DNA of 63,268 nucleotides, filler included, from Sphacelaria rigidula (lineage: Eukaryota), in the NCBI GenBank assembly GCA_964200075.2. It is 8 parts of 8 records of this genome, joined end to end, with 100 filler letters (N's around TTAATTAATTAA, not from the genome) between each part and the next. Parts side by side here need not be neighbours in the genome. Positions count along the whole stretch, not along the records: positions 55,450 to 63,268 come from CAXNAA020013358.1; 7 more parts are not named here. The stretch is one strand, 5' to 3'. The position numbers and the translations under genes are program-made. Position 1 is the stretch's first letter, and the number at the start of each line of letters is the position of its first letter. The notes under the pieces are model-generated. The model did not search any database. It was not told where the DNA came from and saw only the letters and a list, made by a program, of their open reading frames with translations. Below, piece after piece: positions 60,901-63,268 of the stretch.

Positions 60901-62855
60901 AAGCAGCATTGTCAGCTTTTCTTGACGAAATTCTCGGCCGCTTGGTGTAGGTTCCTACTGTGCCTGTTCGTTCTCTTGCTGTGTACAGCCCGTATGACGC
61001 CGATAATTCGCTGCCGTCGTTGGATGTCATTCGTACCACGCAGCACACAACAGTTGGCGACGGTGTTTATTCTTTTCCTAAGACGTTCGGTCAAGCTGCT
61101 TTGGCTGACGATGGTTTGCTTCGCGTGCGTGTTGGCTCTAGTGATGTTTTGTGGATTCCGACGGATGATAAGGCTCTACAAACTCGCTTGATGGTGTGCG
61201 CTCGGTCGGCTGGTCACCGTGGTGTGGCGCCGACTCTGTCTCGTTTGAAAGAATACTGTGTGTGAACTTACATGGATTCCCACGTTCGCGAGTTCGTTCG
61301 CCAGTGTTTGCATTGGGTAGACACTCGTGCTGGTGCGATTGTACCTCGTCCGTATGGCGATACTGTGCATGGTACTGCACCAGGTGAAGCAGTTCACTTT
61401 GATTTTCTGTACGTCGGAAGTAGCGGACCTGAAGGTGCTAATGGTTTGCCTGAGGAGGATTGTTTTCGGTAAATTGTGGTTATCATGGATGATGTGTCCA
61501 ATTTCGTTTGGTTGGAGCCAACCGGGGCTTGCACCGCCGAGGTCACGGCTAAGCACTTGCTCCATTGGTGCAAGACTTAGGGGGTGCCGAAAGTGTGTGG
61601 GTTAGTGATACCGCCACGCACTTCGAGAATCGAGTGATCGCACAGCTGAGCGACGCGCTCAAGGTGCAACACCACTTTGCTTTTGCGTACACCCCTTGGT
61701 CGAATGGTGCTTGTGAACGCATGATGAAAGAGGTTATTTGTGCGTTGCGGTCCATTTTGTCGGAACAGAGACGGCCGGTGTTTGAATGGGTTGATGTTTT
61801 GCCAGCCGCTCAGTGGGTGTTGAATACTTCTTTTAGTGAATGCCATCGTAACACTCCGTACTGTGTGATGTTTGGGCGTGCGCCGCGTACAGCATTTTCC
61901 GCGCTGGCTTCTGTCACTGGCGGCGAGTGGAGCGTCGATGTCATGGATGCTGGTTCGTTGCGTGACAAGGTTCAAGGCGTGGTTAACGAGCAAGTGCGGT
62001 TTTGTAACGAAGTGCAAGCTGCTGTCGCGGTGTCTCGCGAAACCAAACGCAAGCTTACTCAGGGCCAGGCTGTGTTGCCCAAGTTTGCAGTTGACGATTT
62101 CGTATCGTATGCCCGTGTTCGTAGGTAAGGTGTGGCGCCAAAGTTGACGTCCACATGGACAGGTGCGTGGCGAGTGGTCGGAGCCGATCACGCCCACGTG
62201 TATTCGGTGCAGAACATAGTGTCTGGCTCCGTGCATTTCGCTCGTTTGCGATTCTATGCCGACTCGAAGTTGCACATCACTGCGGAACTGAAATATGAAT
62301 TTTAGCATTCGTATGCTCAAGGTGAATGTCGGATGAGTGCTTTGGTGCACGTCGCTGAGAAAGACAATGGCTATGTCATTGTTGTGGTCGATTGGGAAGG
62401 GTTCGGTGCTGAAGAACGTACGTTGGAGTCTCTTCGCGAGATTCATTCTTCTACGCCTGACTTTGTTTCGAAGGAACTGCGAAAAATGCGGTTGACTCAG
62501 GCGTTGACAAGTAAATTAGCGTCGGACTATGTCTTTTTTTATGATTTGGCGCATGCGATTTCGCCTTCGTTTTTTGTTGGTTATGCTTCGAGGGTGCTGA
62601 AGCCAAATGATACCAAGCCGTAGGTTTCAGTATAATCGCATGCATAATTGGAGCAGTGGTAGGGGATAGGGGATCCTGCATTGATGGCCGAAATCTGTCT
62701 GGCCCATTGCTGTCTGGCCCGTGATGTGGTCTGTTGAGAATCACTCCGTGATAATAACAAGTTAGAAGAAAGGATTTGTCGAGCACGAGGCCAGTGATAC
62801 TGGAGGAGTCCCTTGTAGATAGTCCTCTTGTCCAGATCGTCTGACAGAGGCTATA
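57950..62855 (+). mobile_element. Internally deleted Ty3/Gypsy element with a chromodomain (chromovirus-like), both ends present
   Basis: 258-bp LTRs at 57950-58207 and 62598-62855 (~21 differences counted by eye) with a 4-bp TSD GTTC. Contains a gag knuckle CCNCGDTGYLIKNC, protease ILDSGS, RT (LDLVQGYWQM, QGVLNA, VWVDDVL), integrase (AGHRG, VSDTATHF, YTPWSNGACER) and a chromodomain (VVVDWEGFGAEERTLESL). Many stops. Confidence 0.95.
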
Positions 62856-63268
62856 GTTCCCAGGTATCTCCGATGGGAAATAAAGCCAAGTGAGGCGGTG
62901 ATGATCAAGAGACTTCCGAACACCTCGCTCACTAAAATCGGTATTATTTTCCTTACAGAGAATACTGGTGCCCGGGTTCGATCGACTCACTGAAAAACAA
63001 TCCTGAGAAAAAGTTGCCTCAGCCACAGGTTGACCGTCGGGGTGTAACAAAACCAAGAATGTTACATCGTTGACGTAGTGGGGGGCCACAAAGGTGGTCC
63101 ACGCAGAATGACGCACCCCAAATACAAGCACCACCTTCGACTCAACGGCCACGGTTAATCAGCACACTGGAGTATAGAGCGGAAGAAATTCCACAATAAA
63201 CAACAAATTGTGCGAATTGAGGTTCAACTTCGAGATGAGGTTCAAGCCTAAAACAGTGCTTTCCCCAC

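Noticed and set aside
62451..63152. 233-aa minus-strand ORF
   Set aside because: It runs across the 3' LTR and flank boundary antisense to the element; a chance open frame.

Overview
This is eukaryotic, repeat-rich DNA, most likely from a brown alga (Phaeophyceae). That is inferred from an EsV-1-7 repeat gene, a stramenopile ASAFAP-type plastid-targeting exon, long GT-AG introns and Ty3/Gypsy RTs with a W-x-DD motif. It is not one locus. Eight contigs of 7823, 7822, 7822, 7822, 7821, 7820, 7819 and 7819 bp are joined by 100-bp N-TTAATTAATTAA-N spacers, so they are size-sorted unplaced contigs and adjacency across spacers means nothing. Supportable host genes: an intronless 13-repeat EsV-1-7 protein, two exons of NAD-dependent glycerol-3-phosphate dehydrogenase, the last two exons of a MYND-finger protein, a probable 127-aa plastid-targeted Cys-rich protein, and a possible divergent partner gene. 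The rest is transposon-derived: two decayed Ty3/Gypsy elements, two copies of a third LTR family, TA-, TTAA- and other TIR MITEs, a hAT remnant and tandem repeats. The best leads are the patterned variable positions in the EsV-1-7 array, a chromo-like plus Tudor-like Gypsy integrase tail, TG...TA LTR termini and the small plastid protein. No rRNA, tRNA or CRISPR array was recognised. All domain calls are by eye; no searches were run.
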